DNA of 63,955 bases, counting the filler, from a bacterium (GTDB taxonomy: Bacteria; JBBIVP01), in the NCBI GenBank assembly GCA_037439705.1. It is 6 parts of 6 records of this genome, joined end to end, with 100 filler letters (N's around TTAATTAATTAA, not from the genome) between each part and the next. Parts side by side here need not be neighbours in the genome. Positions count along the whole stretch, not along the records: positions 12,675 to 25,102 come from JBBIVP010000047.1; positions 25,203 to 37,495 come from JBBIVP010000048.1; 4 more parts are not named here. One strand, given 5' to 3'. Under the pieces are notes generated by a model. That model did not search any database. It saw nothing but the letters and a program-made list of their open reading frames with translations, and was not told the origin of the DNA. Every line of letters begins with the position of its first letter. Positions within the stretch are counted from its first letter, which is position 1. The position numbers and the translations under genes are program-made. Below are positions 20,250-31,337 of this stretch, piece after piece.

Positions 20250-21076
20250 ACTTTCTTGTGCACCATTGCAAGATAACTGCCAATTCCTCCGGCGAAGATA
20301 GAATACAAAATTATGTAAAAGAACTCCTGTGGAGCAATTTCCGCTCCTGAGATGAACTTCATAAAAATAAATGAGAGAAGTGAACCGAGAATTCCGGCTG
20401 TTGTTCCCCTTATTATTATTGGAATTTTTATAAATCCTGAACCTGCTCCAACAAACTTCATTATTTCTATCTTCTTCTGTATGGAATAAATAGTAAGATA
20501 AATGAAGTTATATATTACAAGAATTCCAGCAATGGCGAGCATCAAGGCGAAGAATTTTCCGCCCTTTTTCACATAGGTTATATATCTAATTGCGTTCTCA
20601 ACGCTTTCCTTCGCTGCATCAACGAATTCTACTCCATCAATTCCTTTCACCTTTTCTTCAATAATTTTTATTTTTGCAGTATTTTCAATTATTTTTTCGT
20701 CAATGTATATTTCAAGGACCTCCGGAATGAATCTTTTCATTTTTTGAACATCAATAAACCTTGAAACAAGTTCCTCCACATCATTTTTTTTGAGGTGAAT
20801 GACCTCACGGATACCATCAACCTTTTTAATAGCATCTGAAATTTCAATTATGTTCTCCTTTGGAAGGTCATCTTTAAGAATCGCTATCATTCTGTAAGAG
20901 TGAACGAAATTTTCTTTCAAGGAGATTCCTGCATAGAACCATTTAAAACCAAGTAATAGATCTGAAATCAAAAATATAATGAAAACGGAAGAAACAAAGA
21001 AAAAAAACTCTTTTGAATCCATTCTGAAAGCTCTATTAAACATCAAAAGAACTTTTCCGGGAAGTCTTCTTTTCAC
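20246..21076 (-). CDS. ftsX: Cell division permease FtsX
   Basis: EIMKFVGA...FIKIP motif, 4 TM helices, follows ftsE. Confidence 0.85.
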   Translation of the reverse strand: MKRRLPGKVLLMFNRAFRMDSKEFFFFVSSVFIIFLISDLLLGFKWFYAGISLKENFVHSYRMIAILKDDLPKENIIEISDAIKKVDGIREVIHLKKNDVEELVSRFIDVQKMKRFIPEVLEIYIDEKIIENTAKIKIIEEKVKGIDGVEFVDAAKESVENAIRYITYVKKGGKFFALMLAIAGILVIYNFIYLTIYSIQKKIEIMKFVGAGSGFIKIPIIIRGTTAGILGSLLSFIFMKFISGAEIAPQEFFYIILYSIFAGGIGSYLAMVHKKV

Positions 21077-21720
21077 GGGGCAAGTCTTCCTTTTTCAAGT
21101 CTTATTACATTTCTTCCGTATTTCAGTAGTCCCATGTCATGTGTTGCAATTACCACCGTTGTTCCTTTGTAGTTGAGGGTTTTGAAAAGTTTCATTATTT
21201 CCTCTGTCAAATAGGGGTCCAGATTCCCGGTTGGTTCATCCGCAAGAATGAGTGGGGGGCTGTTTATTATCGCCCGAGCAATCGCTACTCTTTGTTGTTC
21301 TCCTCCGGATAGTTTTTTTACCGGAACATGGAGTTTGTGTAAAAGACCGACTTCCTGGAGAACACTTCTTATTCTCATATCCGTATATCTTTTTGTGTAC
21401 CACAAAACCTCCATCGCCATGGATAGATTTTCATATACGCTCATCTCTTCAATGAGGCGGAAATCCTGAAAGACAAATCCCATATTTCTTCTGAAAAATG
21501 GCACCTCACTTTTTCTCAGATTTGAGATGTTCTGCCCCATAAATAATATCTGACCTCTGGTTGGTTTTTCCTCCATAAAGAGAATTTTTAAAAGCGTTGT
21601 TTTCCCTGCTCCACTCGGTCCGGTGATGATGACCATATCACCTTTTTCTATTCTCAGATTTATATCTTCCAGGGCTGGGATTTCTTCATAGTATTTATAA
21701 AGGTGGTAAAGTTCAATCAA
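21073..21720 (-). CDS. ftsE: Cell division ATP-binding protein FtsE
   Basis: [33 protein letters not shown]. Confidence 0.93.
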   Translation of the reverse strand: MIELYHLYKYYEEIPALEDINLRIEKGDMVIITGPSGAGKTTLLKILFMEEKPTRGQILFMGQNISNLRKSEVPFFRRNMGFVFQDFRLIEEMSVYENLSMAMEVLWYTKRYTDMRIRSVLQEVGLLHKLHVPVKKLSGGEQQRVAIARAIINSPPLILADEPTGNLDPYLTEEIMKLFKTLNYKGTTVVIATHDMGLLKYGRNVIRLEKGRLAP

Positions 21721-22667
21721 GTTCTTTTCTTATTTTTAATAAGGTTAAGTGCAGATTCAACTATATGGGATTCTGATATTCCAAAATATTTTAACAGGTC
21801 CGCAGGTTTACCCGATACTCCGAATTCATCCGGAATTCCCATTATTTTTAATGGAACCGGAAAATTCTGGGAAATAACTTCAGCTACCGCACTTCCCATA
21901 CCCCCATAAATATTGTGGTCTTCCACTGTCAAAATGCATCCTGTTTTTCTGACACTTTTTATGATAAGGTCCTTGTCCATAGGCTTTATAGAAGAGATAT
22001 TTAAAACTTCAGCCGAAATCCCATATTTTTCCTTTAGAATTTCGCTCGTTTTTACTGCATAAGGAACCATTACTCCGCAGGCTCCGAGGGTTATATCATT
22101 TCCTTCCACCAGAAGGTCAGATTTTCCAATATCAGTACCTGGAACCCCGTCTTTATATACGATTTCGCTTTCACCTCTCGGTAGCCTCATATAGACCGGT
22201 CCTGTATATTCAATTGCCTTTTTAAGAAGAAGAATTGTTTCAACCCCGTCTGCAGGCACTAAAACCACCATTCCGGGTATTGCCCTCATTAAAGCTATGT
22301 CTTCAATTCCCTGATGAGTTGCTCCATCCTCTCCTACAGTAACTCCAGCGTGAGTGGCTATAATTTTTACATTAAATCCTCCATAACATATGCTCTGCCT
22401 TATCTGCTCCCATCCTTTTCCGGAAGCAAATATAGCAAAGGTGGTGACAATTGGAATATATCCACAGGCTGACAAACCAGCAGCAATCCCCATCATGTTT
22501 TGTTCCGCCACACCAACATTGAAAAACCTTTCAGGGTATAATTGTCGAAAAAAATTAGCCCTTGTGGATGAAGCGAGGTCTGCTGTTAAGACAACAATTC
22601 TTTCATCCTTTCCAGCCTCTTTAAGAAACTCTCCAAATGCATCTCTGGGAGCTTTAAACTTCATCAT
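21717..22667 (-). CDS. Transketolase C-terminal subunit
   Basis: GVAEQNM, GEDGATHQ, TVEDH. Confidence 0.92.
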   Translation of the reverse strand: MMKFKAPRDAFGEFLKEAGKDERIVVLTADLASSTRANFFRQLYPERFFNVGVAEQNMMGIAAGLSACGYIPIVTTFAIFASGKGWEQIRQSICYGGFNVKIIATHAGVTVGEDGATHQGIEDIALMRAIPGMVVLVPADGVETILLLKKAIEYTGPVYMRLPRGESEIVYKDGVPGTDIGKSDLLVEGNDITLGACGVMVPYAVKTSEILKEKYGISAEVLNISSIKPMDKDLIIKSVRKTGCILTVEDHNIYGGMGSAVAEVISQNFPVPLKIMGIPDEFGVSGKPADLLKYFGISESHIVESALNLIKNKKRT

Positions 22668-23576
22668 TTTTTCCCAGTTCTTTAAGTGCTGTTTTCAGTT
22701 CTTCGGGAGTTGGTGCTATTCCGTGATATTTTACCTTGTTCTCAAATATTGAAACGCCCTTCCCTTTTACAGTTTTTGCAATGATGACAGTTGGAGCGCT
22801 TTTGAAATTTTTTGCTTTTTCAAAAGCAGAAAAAAGCTCTTTGAAGGAATGTCCGTCAATCTCAATTACATTCCACCCGAAGGCTCTGAACTTATCACTT
22901 ATGGGCTGGATTTCCATAACCGAGGAAACTGGTCCATCTATTTGAAGTCCATTGTTATCAACTATTCCGCATAGATTATCAAGTTTGTAATGTGAGGCGC
23001 ACATTGCTGATTCCCATATTTCTCCTTCTTGAAGCTCACCATCTCCCATAAGCACATATACCTTGTAATTTCTTTTTGAAATTTTTCCTGCCATAGCCAT
23101 TCCTATCCCTATGGATAAACCCTGACCGAGGCTTCCTGTTGAAGCCTCAAGACCAGGTGTCTTTTTTCTGTCAGGATGCCCCTGAAGGATACTTGGAATA
23201 TATCCTCGCGGAGATTCAGGATGAGGGATTAATTTTCTGAGCGTCCAAAGTTCGGATTCCGGGAAAAACCCCTTTTTTGCAAGAACAGCATAAAGTGCTG
23301 GAGCTCCGTGCCCTTTTGATAACACAAATCTGTCTCTGTCAGGGTCGTTTGGATTATTAACATCAATTCTAATTAATTTAAAGTAAAGGTAAACAAGATT
23401 TAAAACACAAGTAAAAAAACCGCCTGTTTTACATAACCATCATACGTNNNNNNNNNNTCAACAGCAGATAGAGAACCGCCTGTATGTCCTGAGCCTGCTT
23501 CGGTCAGGCTCTTTAAAATAAGAATCCTTACATCCTTCGCTATTTTTTCAAATTCTTTTAAGTCCGCCTCATCCAC
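22654..23576 (-). CDS. Transketolase N-terminal subunit (spans 10-N gap)
   Basis: GTG 23576 gives MDEADLK...AGSGHTGGSLSAV, continuing into LSKGH, TGSLGQG, GDGE after the gap. Confidence 0.88.
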
Positions 23577-23578
23577 CT

Positions 23579-23980
23579 TTATTTTTCCTTCTTTTCAAAT
23601 TCATCGGCAAGAAAATCAAGTATAATTTCATCAAAACTTTTGCTTTCATCAACATCAAAAAGGGTCTTTCCTGGTTTTTTAGGAACAGGCTTTTGGGCTC
23701 TCTTCTCCAGTTCTTTTTGAACAAGGGGATGGGAATCATATTTTCCTTCCATAACATTTTTTATCATTTCCTTGTGTTGCTCTTTCATAAGTTCAGCAAC
23801 TACTTCTTCAAGTTTTTCAAACTTTAATATGTCCTTGTAACTTGTTTTTTTTGTATCTATTATATTTCCATTTATAAAAACATGTGTAATTATTACGGGG
23901 TTTTTAATTCCACCGTCCTCTGTTTGAACATGAAACACTATATTTTTGTGGACTATGTTATGGTTATAACCTGGTAGCAT
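23579..23980 (-). CDS. Conserved hypothetical protein (GYNHN...HVQTED family)
   Basis: MLPGYNHNI...FHVQTEDGG motif recalled from deltaproteobacterial proteins; start reset to ATG 23980. Confidence 0.7.
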   Translation of the reverse strand: MLPGYNHNIVHKNIVFHVQTEDGGIKNPVIITHVFINGNIIDTKKTSYKDILKFEKLEEVVAELMKEQHKEMIKNVMEGKYDSHPLVQKELEKRAQKPVPKKPGKTLFDVDESKSFDEIILDFLADEFEKKEK

Positions 23981-24202
23981 ATTAAAATGATATATCCATT
24001 TTGAGACATAATTCAAGTTTAACTTTTTGGAAAATACCACTGAGACGGATGCGAGGCAGGAGAAATTTGAATTATTAACAACTTCGCTTCCTAAAAAGGG
24101 GGTTAATACAAAGGGCGGTAATAATGTATGTGAATAATTTGGAAACCGTTAAATTTATACAGGATATTGAAAAATGTTTTTTATTTTGAGATTTAATATA
24201 TT

Positions 24203-25102
24203 ATGCTTATAGCCATTGACAGAGGCGCGGTCAATACAAAGGTTTTGTTCCATGATGGGGAAAGGATTATAAAAAAATGGATTGAAGGTGGAAATCTTCC
24301 TTTTAAAAAATCCCTTGAAAACATCTTTCAATCCATCCTATCAGGAGGGATTCTACGGGCGAAGGTTTTAACAATTAATTTTAGAATTCCCGGTGGAAAA
24401 GAAATTGAGCCTTTCAGGGCTCTTAAAAAGTCAGCGGGAATACTGAAAAAAGATGCAAAAACCGTTATTGAGATTGGAGGTGAAAGGGCTAAATTTTTGA
24501 AAACAGGAGATGGAGGAAAAATAGAGGATTTTTCAATTATTGAACAGTGCGCTTCAGGAGCAGGAATTTTCATTGAACAACAGGCGATAAGGCTTAAGAA
24601 AACTCTTGATGAGTTATCCGAACTTGCAGTAAAAGCATTAAAACCCGCAAAGATAGCAGGAAGATGTGCTGTGTTTGCCAAATCCGATATGATCCACCTT
24701 CAGCAGAAAGGGATTCCCGTAGAAGAGATTGCTTATGGTTTGTGTTATTCTTTAGTAGTTAATATAATTTCCAATCTTCTTAAAGGGAAGGAAATAGAAC
24801 TTCCTGTTTTTATTGCAGGAGGGTGTGCTCAGAATAAAGGGATAATAAGGGCATTCAGAGAAATCCTTAAAACCGAAGAAATCTATCCTTCTCCTATGCC
24901 AGGGTTTGAACCAGCTCTTGGAGCCTGTTATTTTGAAGATGAAGCAGAAGAAATAGAAATTTCTTACCTTCTGGAAGAATTGAAAAAAGAACCGGTTCAT
25001 CACTCAGTTTCAGTTTATCCTCCTCTTAAAAAAGTGAATAAAAGGAGATTTACGGAACCAGAGGAAGTATTTTACGAAGAAAAGGAAGGCTACATAGGGG
25101 TT
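24203..25102 (+). CDS. Acyl-CoA dehydratase activase (BadF/BadG/BcrA/BcrD ATPase), 3'-truncated
   Basis: EIGGE, CASGAG, RCAVFAKSDMIH; second ATPase repeat starts at the contig end. Confidence 0.88.
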
Positions 25103-25202
25103 NNNNNNNNNNNNNNNNNNNNNNNNNNNNNNNNNNNNNNNNNNNNTTAATTAATTAANNNNNNNNNNNNNNNNNNNNNNNNNNNNNNNNNNNNNNNNNN
25201 NN
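25103..25202. other. Artificial contig spacer
   Basis: 44 N + TTAATTAATTAA + 44 N. Confidence 0.98.
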
Positions 25203-25302
25203 CTGGAGAGATTTTTCCAACAATAGAATAGTTTTTTAATTCCTTTTCAATTGCTTTTTCATCACCGAGCATAAAGATTATAAAAAGTATAACCCCTTTC
25301 AC
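25203..25302 (-). CDS. 5' fragment of a probably exported protein (cut by contig edge)
   Basis: GTG 25302 reads MKGVILFIIFMLGDEKAIEKELK...; TTGACT-17-TAAAAT lies 7 nt upstream. Confidence 0.5.
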
Positions 25303-25412
25303 TTATTAAATTTTATAAACCAATGAGGCTTCAGTCAAATTTTTGTCTTTTCGCTTCCGAAAGTGTCTTTTATTAATAAAAGATGATTTGGATGACAAAA
25401 AGAGAAAAACGC

Positions 25413-25447
25413 TTGACAAGTAATTTAGAATTTTATAAATTTCTAAA
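25413..25447 (+). promoter_or_regulatory. Sigma70-like promoter overlapped by a 24-bp palindrome (candidate operator)
   Basis: TTGACA at 25413; TTTAGAATTTTATAAATTTCTAAA at 25424-25447 is self-complementary except one base pair. Confidence 0.6.
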
Positions 25448-25471
25448 AAACTAAAGAAAGGAGGTGAAAAA

Positions 25472-26590
25472 ATGAAGAAGGTTTTAGGGTTGGTTGCAGG
25501 ATTAACAATTCTGATTGTAGTAATGGCTCTCTCCTGCGGAGAAGAGAAAAAGGAACTGGACTACCACAAAACTCTTACTACCAGTCTACACGGAACTACC
25601 AGAGGAATGGGATACTTGTATATGGACGGAATGTACAACNNNNNNNNNNNNNNNNNNNNNNNNNNNNNNNNNNNNNNNNNNNNNNNNNNNNNNGAAAACT
25701 GTGCTACCTGTCACGATGTGGACGAAAGTGGTGAACCTGTAATAGGAGAAGCCGGCAAGGAAAAAGATATTAACACCTGCTTTGGATGTCACGGGAGGCA
25801 TAAAACTCTGACGAAAATCATGAGCAATATGGGAATAGCGGATGTTCATGCTCAAAAAGGCATAAAGTGTGGTGATTGTCATACCGGAAGGGAAATTCAT
25901 GGAGCCGGGAAAGAATGGAACACTCTCCTTGAAGCCGGATTCTTTGATACCAAATGTGAAAATTGTCATACTCTCAAATCAATTCCACAAAATACCGAAC
26001 ATTCCATGCACGCCGGGAAAACGCTTGACTGTCAGGCATGCCATGTCAGAACTGTCATTACCTGCTACAACTGCCATTTCAATGCTGAGGTTGATCATGA
26101 TAAAAAGGTTCCATATGGACCGATGGCAAACTTCGTCCTTCTTGTCAAAAATAAAGAGGGCAAAATCACAACCGGAACGATCATGAGCTTGGATTATGTG
26201 ACTGACCCACAGAATCCACAAAATTCTACCAAGACATTCCTTGCTGTCGCACCCTATTATGCCCACTCGGTAACAAGTGCAGGAAGGACCTGCAGTGATT
26301 GCCATAATAATGATGCAGTGAAAGAGTACAATGAGAAAGGGAAGATCACTCTTACTTACTGGGATTCTGAAAGCGGAAAGGTCAAGAACAAAACCGGAGT
26401 GATTCCTTATGCGAAAAAGGGCGCTTTGGAAGTGTTGTTTGTAAGACCGGTTGAGCCTTCTGCAGAGCCTCAATGTTCAGAACAAGGATGCATGTATCCT
26501 GAATGGGTGACAGTGGGCACAAAGATAGATTTTGAGCATTCCATTGGCGAGCCACTTGGTGACGAGATCATGCAGAAGCTTTCAAAATGA
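25472..26590 (+). CDS. Multiheme cytochrome c lipoprotein (at least 7 hemes)
   Basis: Lipobox ALSC; CATCH, CFGCH, CGDCH, CENCH, CQACH, CYNCH, CSDCH; 54-N gap may hide more. Confidence 0.9.
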   Translation: MKKVLGLVAGLTILIVVMALSCGEEKKELDYHKTLTTSLHGTTRGMGYLYMDGMYNXXXXXXXXXXXXXXXXXXENCATCHDVDESGEPVIGEAGKEKDINTCFGCHGRHKTLTKIMSNMGIADVHAQKGIKCGDCHTGREIHGAGKEWNTLLEAGFFDTKCENCHTLKSIPQNTEHSMHAGKTLDCQACHVRTVITCYNCHFNAEVDHDKKVPYGPMANFVLLVKNKEGKITTGTIMSLDYVTDPQNPQNSTKTFLAVAPYYAHSVTSAGRTCSDCHNNDAVKEYNEKGKITLTYWDSESGKVKNKTGVIPYAKKGALEVLFVRPVEPSAEPQCSEQGCMYPEWVTVGTKIDFEHSIGEPLGDEIMQKLSK

Positions 26591-26649
26591 ATTTTTGATT
26601 GAGGAGGGAAGGATTTATTTTTTATTAAAAATGTAGTAAAAAATAAAAA

Positions 26650-26976
26650 ATGAATGAGGAATTAATATATCAAAAACAGGCAGAGTTCTGCAAAGCAATT
26701 TCTCATCCTAAAAGGCTCTTGATTATTGAGTTTCTTGAAAAAGGTGAAAAGCCCGTGGGAGAAATTGCAAAATTTATAAAAACTTCATGTTCATCCGCTT
26801 CACAGCACATAAAAATTCTTGAAGGTAAAGGACTTGTAGGTAAGAGGAAAAAGGGAAATAAGGTTTTTTATTATCTCAAATATCCACAGATGTTGGAAGC
26901 CTTTAAAATAGTGAGGGAGGTTCTTAAAAAGGTTTTACAGGAAGAAATCAGATATATCAATAAGTTGAAAAAATAG
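26650..26976 (+). CDS. ArsR/SmtB family transcriptional regulator
   Basis: KAISHPKRLLII, SQHIKIL, winged helix. Confidence 0.9.
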   Translation: MNEELIYQKQAEFCKAISHPKRLLIIEFLEKGEKPVGEIAKFIKTSCSSASQHIKILEGKGLVGKRKKGNKVFYYLKYPQMLEAFKIVREVLKKVLQEEIRYINKLKK

Positions 26977-27049
26977 TTCTTTCATTCCTTACATTTCCCA
27001 GTTGAAATTGAATTTTTTGAGAGATATAAAAAAGAAAAAGGAGAAAGAA

Positions 27050-28984
27050 ATGGCATACACAATAAAACTTCTTGAGGAAATAGAAATAAAAGGCGTAAGG
27101 TTCAGAAACAGAATCTCAATGCCAGCCATGCATGTGCATTTTTCAAAAGATGGATTTGTGAATGAGAAGTATGTTGAATACTACAGAAAAAGGGCCGAGG
27201 GTGAGGTGGGACTGATTTTTGTCGGGGTGTGCAATGTGGACCCATTTTTTGATGGAATGGGCGGAATGCTTCAGCTCTGCGATGATAAGTACATTGACGG
27301 AATGAAAAGGCTTACAGATACGGTTCACGAATACGGTTCAAGGATAATTCTTCAGATTACAGCAAGATACCTTGGATTTAAGGGGGATGCTTCTCTGTTT
27401 CCATGCGAACATATTGATGATATGATAAAATCCATAGAGGCAGGAGCAAGAAGGGCATATAAGGCAGGCTTTGATGGAGTTGAACTCATAGGTTCCGGAG
27501 GCAGTTCTTTGAGTGCTTTTATGTCAAAGACAAATCCGAGAACCGATGAGTACGGAGGGAGTTTTGAGAACAGGATGAAATTTGCAGAAAGAAGCGTTAA
27601 GGCAGCGAGGGAGGGAATTTTAGATAAACTCCTTTCCTTCAGGATGCACGGTCATGAATTTCTTGAGGGAGGTTATGAATTAAAAGAGGCAAGAGATATA
27701 GCAGTTTTACTGGAAAAATGGGGGGTTGATATAATAAACATCACAGGAGGCGGTCATACAACAAAGGTTCCTCAGATTACCCATTTTGTTCCCCCAGCGG
27801 GTTACGCATTTCTTGCAAAAAACATAAAGGATGTAGTTAACCTGCCAGTTATAGCGAGCAACCGTTTTCAGGACCCCCTGCTTGCGGACATATATCTCGT
27901 GAAAGGGTGGGCTGATATGATTAACTTTGCAAGGGCTCTTCATGCTGACCCATATCTTCCAAAGAAACTGAGAGAAGGAAGGTATGAAGAAATCATTCCC
28001 TGTATAGCCTGTTCACAGGGTTGTTTTGACAGGATAGTGGAGATGAATCCGGTTATATGCCTTGTCAATCCGTTCAGCGGAAGGGAGGACGAAATAAAAA
28101 TTGAAAGGGCAAAAATTCCGAAGAAGGTGGTTGTAATAGGAGGAGGTCCTTCAGGACTTGAATGCGCAAGGATAGCCTCTTCAAAAGGACATCGTGTAGT
28201 TCTTTATGAGAGTGAGAACTTCCTTGGCGGAAACTTTTTGCTTGCATCAAGAATTCCTGAAAAGGAAGAGTTTTTGAAATTCATTCAATGGGAAAAGAGA
28301 GAGTTAGAGAAAAATGGTGTGGAAATAAAGTTAAATACACCTGCGACAGTTGAAAAAATAAAAACCGAGAATCCGGATGTAGTCGTATGTGCTACAGGAA
28401 GTGAACCATCCCTTCCTAAAATAAAAGGTATTGATAATAAAAATGTGGCTCTGGCGATCGACCTTTTGAAAGGAAAGGTATCTGTTGGAGAGAATGTGGT
28501 GATAATTGGTGGAGGGGCGACTGGATGCGAGGTTGCGCATTACATAGCAAAGATAGACAGTCTTCCTCCAGATGTTATGTATTTTCTTGAAAAACACGGA
28601 TACTTAAAAAGGGATGAAGTTCTTCCTTTCTGGAAAAAGAGAGAAATCACAATTCTTGAAATGCTACCAAAAATAGGAGAGGGGATTGGACGTTCAACCA
28701 GATGGAACATACTTATGGAATTAAGAAGGCTCGGCGTAAAGGTAATCACTGAAGCAAAGGTTGAAGAAATAAAAGAAAATGAGGTTATCTATGAGGTAAA
28801 CGGAGAGGAAAGAAGGATAAAAACTGATACAGTGGTTATAGCTACGGGTGTTAAACCCAACTTAGAACTTTACGAAACCCTGAAGGATAATTTTAAAGAG
28901 GTTTATTTAATAGGAGATGCCAAAAAGCTTGGGGATGCGCTTCAGGCAGTTCATGATGGAGCAGAAATAGCTCTTAAAATATGA
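27050..28984 (+). CDS. NADH:flavin oxidoreductase (FadH/2,4-dienoyl-CoA reductase-like)
   Basis: NPRTDEYGGSFENR, CIACSQGC...CLVNP Fe-S motif, two GxGxxG; ATG 27050 after GGAG. Confidence 0.88.
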   Translation: MAYTIKLLEEIEIKGVRFRNRISMPAMHVHFSKDGFVNEKYVEYYRKRAEGEVGLIFVGVCNVDPFFDGMGGMLQLCDDKYIDGMKRLTDTVHEYGSRIILQITARYLGFKGDASLFPCEHIDDMIKSIEAGARRAYKAGFDGVELIGSGGSSLSAFMSKTNPRTDEYGGSFENRMKFAERSVKAAREGILDKLLSFRMHGHEFLEGGYELKEARDIAVLLEKWGVDIINITGGGHTTKVPQITHFVPPAGYAFLAKNIKDVVNLPVIASNRFQDPLLADIYLVKGWADMINFARALHADPYLPKKLREGRYEEIIPCIACSQGCFDRIVEMNPVICLVNPFSGREDEIKIERAKIPKKVVVIGGGPSGLECARIASSKGHRVVLYESENFLGGNFLLASRIPEKEEFLKFIQWEKRELEKNGVEIKLNTPATVEKIKTENPDVVVCATGSEPSLPKIKGIDNKNVALAIDLLKGKVSVGENVVIIGGGATGCEVAHYIAKIDSLPPDVMYFLEKHGYLKRDEVLPFWKKREITILEMLPKIGEGIGRSTRWNILMELRRLGVKVITEAKVEEIKENEVIYEVNGEERRIKTDTVVIATGVKPNLELYETLKDNFKEVYLIGDAKKLGDALQAVHDGAEIALKI

Positions 28985-29715
28985 GTGATAGGAATAAAAA
29001 GGCGATAGTTTTTATTCCAGCAAGATATGAGTCAAAAAGGTTTGAAGGTAAACTTCTCGCAAACCTGTGCGGGAAGTCTGTGATAGAATGGGTTTATAAG
29101 GGTGCTATGGAGTCAAAAATCACTGATGAAATTTATGTGGTTACCGATTCAGAAAAAATAAAGGAGGTTGTTGAAAAATTTGGTGGTTCTGTGCTTTTCA
29201 GAAAAAAGCATTATGAGTGTGGAACCGATAGAATAGCAGATGTTGTAAAGGAAATGGATGTGGACATAGTGATAAACCTTCAGGGGGATGAGCCACTCGT
29301 TAAAGGGGAGGTTCTGGATGAACTCATAAGGACAATGAAAAACGAAGGTCCCCAAATGGCAACACTGGCAAAAAAGATAGAAAGTGAGGATGAACTTCAG
29401 AATCCCAATGTGGTAAAGGTTGTGTGCACCAAAGATGGCTATGCCCTTTATTTTTCAAGGTCCATCATTCCATTCAATGCAACAGATTCCACAGCCCTCA
29501 AGCATATAGGAATCTATGCTTTTACTAAAGAATCCATCCTTGACTTCTCTTCCCTTCCAAAGGGAAAACTTGAAATGATTGAAAAACTTGAACAATTGAG
29601 GGCACTTGAGGCAGGATGGAGGGTTAAGGTTCTTCTGACAGAAAATACCTTCATAGGAATTGATACTCCTGAGGATTTGAGAAGGGCTGAAGAGTATATA
29701 ATGAAAAACTCATGA
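28981..29715 (+). CDS. kdsB: 3-deoxy-manno-octulosonate cytidylyltransferase
   Basis: [27 protein letters not shown]. Confidence 0.95.
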   Translation: MSDRNKKAIVFIPARYESKRFEGKLLANLCGKSVIEWVYKGAMESKITDEIYVVTDSEKIKEVVEKFGGSVLFRKKHYECGTDRIADVVKEMDVDIVINLQGDEPLVKGEVLDELIRTMKNEGPQMATLAKKIESEDELQNPNVVKVVCTKDGYALYFSRSIIPFNATDSTALKHIGIYAFTKESILDFSSLPKGKLEMIEKLEQLRALEAGWRVKVLLTENTFIGIDTPEDLRRAEEYIMKNS

Positions 29716-31337
29716 AGACAAAGTTCATATTTGTGACAGGTGGTGTGGTTTCTTCCATAGGAAAGGGAATAGTTTCTGCCTCCATAGGAGCGCTTCTGGA
29801 AGCAAGGGGATTGAAGGTCTCAATTATGAAGCAGGACCCGTATATAAATGTGGACGCAGGAACGATGAATCCATTTCAACACGGTGAAGTATTTGTAACA
29901 GAAGACGGAGCTGAGACCGACCTTGACCTCGGACATTACGAAAGGTTTACGAGTATGACAGCAACGAGATGGCACAATCTCACCGCAGGAAGGGTCTATT
30001 ACAATGTGATAGAAAAGGAAAGGAAGGGAGAATACAAAGGGAAGACTGTTCAGGTGATTCCACATATTACAGATGAGATAAAAAATCAGGTTATTTCCCT
30101 TGCCAGAAATGAAAAGGCAGATATTTTGATAACAGAAGTAGGTGGAAATGTTGGAGATATTGAAGGAATTGCTTTTCTTTAGGCAATAAGACAGTTGAAA
30201 AAGGACCTTAAGCCAGAAAATGTGGTTTACATTCACATAACCATTGTTCCTTATCTTGAGAAGGTTGAAGAATATAAAACGAAGCCAACCCAGCACAGCG
30301 TAATGAAACTGAGGGAGATAGGAATTCATCCGGATATAATTGTTTGCAGGTCAAAAGAAGTTTTAAAAAAGGAAATAAAAGAAAAAATTGCACTTTTCTG
30401 CGATGTTCCTCCGGATTGTGTAATATCAGGAGTGGATGCTGAGAACGTTTATGAGGTTCCCCTTATCCTTCACGGGGAAGGACTTGATGAAAGAATAAAA
30501 GAGAAACTCAATATATGGACAAAAGAACCTGACCTTTCAAAATGGGAAGAACTTGTGTATCAGATAAAAACTGCCAATACATGTGTTACGATTGGACTGG
30601 TGGGGAAGTATGTGGATGTTGTGGATTCTTATAAAAGTCTTCATGAGGCATTGATCCACGGAGGGATAGCAAATAAATGTAAGGTTAAAATAAAATATAT
30701 AGATTCTGAAGAGATTGAAAGGAATGGTCCAGACCCTATAAGCGAAGTAGATGGAATTATAATACCGGGAGGATTCGGTGAAAGGGGAATAGAAGGGAAA
30801 ATTTTGACTGCAAAATATGTGCGGGAAAACGGAGTTCCATTTCTCGGAATATGTCTTGGAATGCAGGTCGCAGTAATTGAGTTTGCAAGAAATGTTTGTC
30901 ATCTGAAAAATGCCAATTCAACGGAATTCAATCCAAATACTCCTTATCCCGTTATAACCCTTCTTCCAGAACAGAGGGGAGTTGACAGAATAGGTGGGAC
31001 CATGAGATTGGGAGCCTATCCCTGCATAATAAAAAACGAAAACACAAAGGCTTTCAAGGCATACAGAAAAAAGGAAATAATGGAGAGACACAGGCACAGG
31101 TATGAGGTGAATCCAGATTTTAAAAGAGTTCTTGAGAAAAAGGGAATGATTTTGAGCGGGCTTTCTCCTGATAAAAGGCTTACTGAAATCATAGAATTAA
31201 AGAGCCATTCGTGGTTTGTGGGATGCCAGTTTCATCCAGAATTCAAATCACGCCCTTTCTTCCCTCACCCTCTTTTCAGGGATTTCATAAAAAGTGCTAT
31301 TGAGCACAGAAGAAAAAATGAGAAAAAGAAGAAATAG
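29712..31337 (+). CDS. pyrG: CTP synthase with in-frame TAG at 30180-30182 (likely consensus error)
   Basis: Both ORF halves share one frame; FL*AIRQ replaces conserved FLEAIRQ; GICLG and QFHPEF intact. Confidence 0.9.

Noticed and set aside
23400..23505. Apparent broken transketolase with a degenerate direct repeat (AACCGCCTGT)
   Set aside because: The left flank of the 10-N gap is an A-rich, error-like copy of the right flank; this is an artefact, not a pseudogene.
24040..24200. Possible structured RNA in the divergent intergenic region
   Set aside because: No recognisable riboswitch, tRNA or ncRNA motif and no convincing stem.
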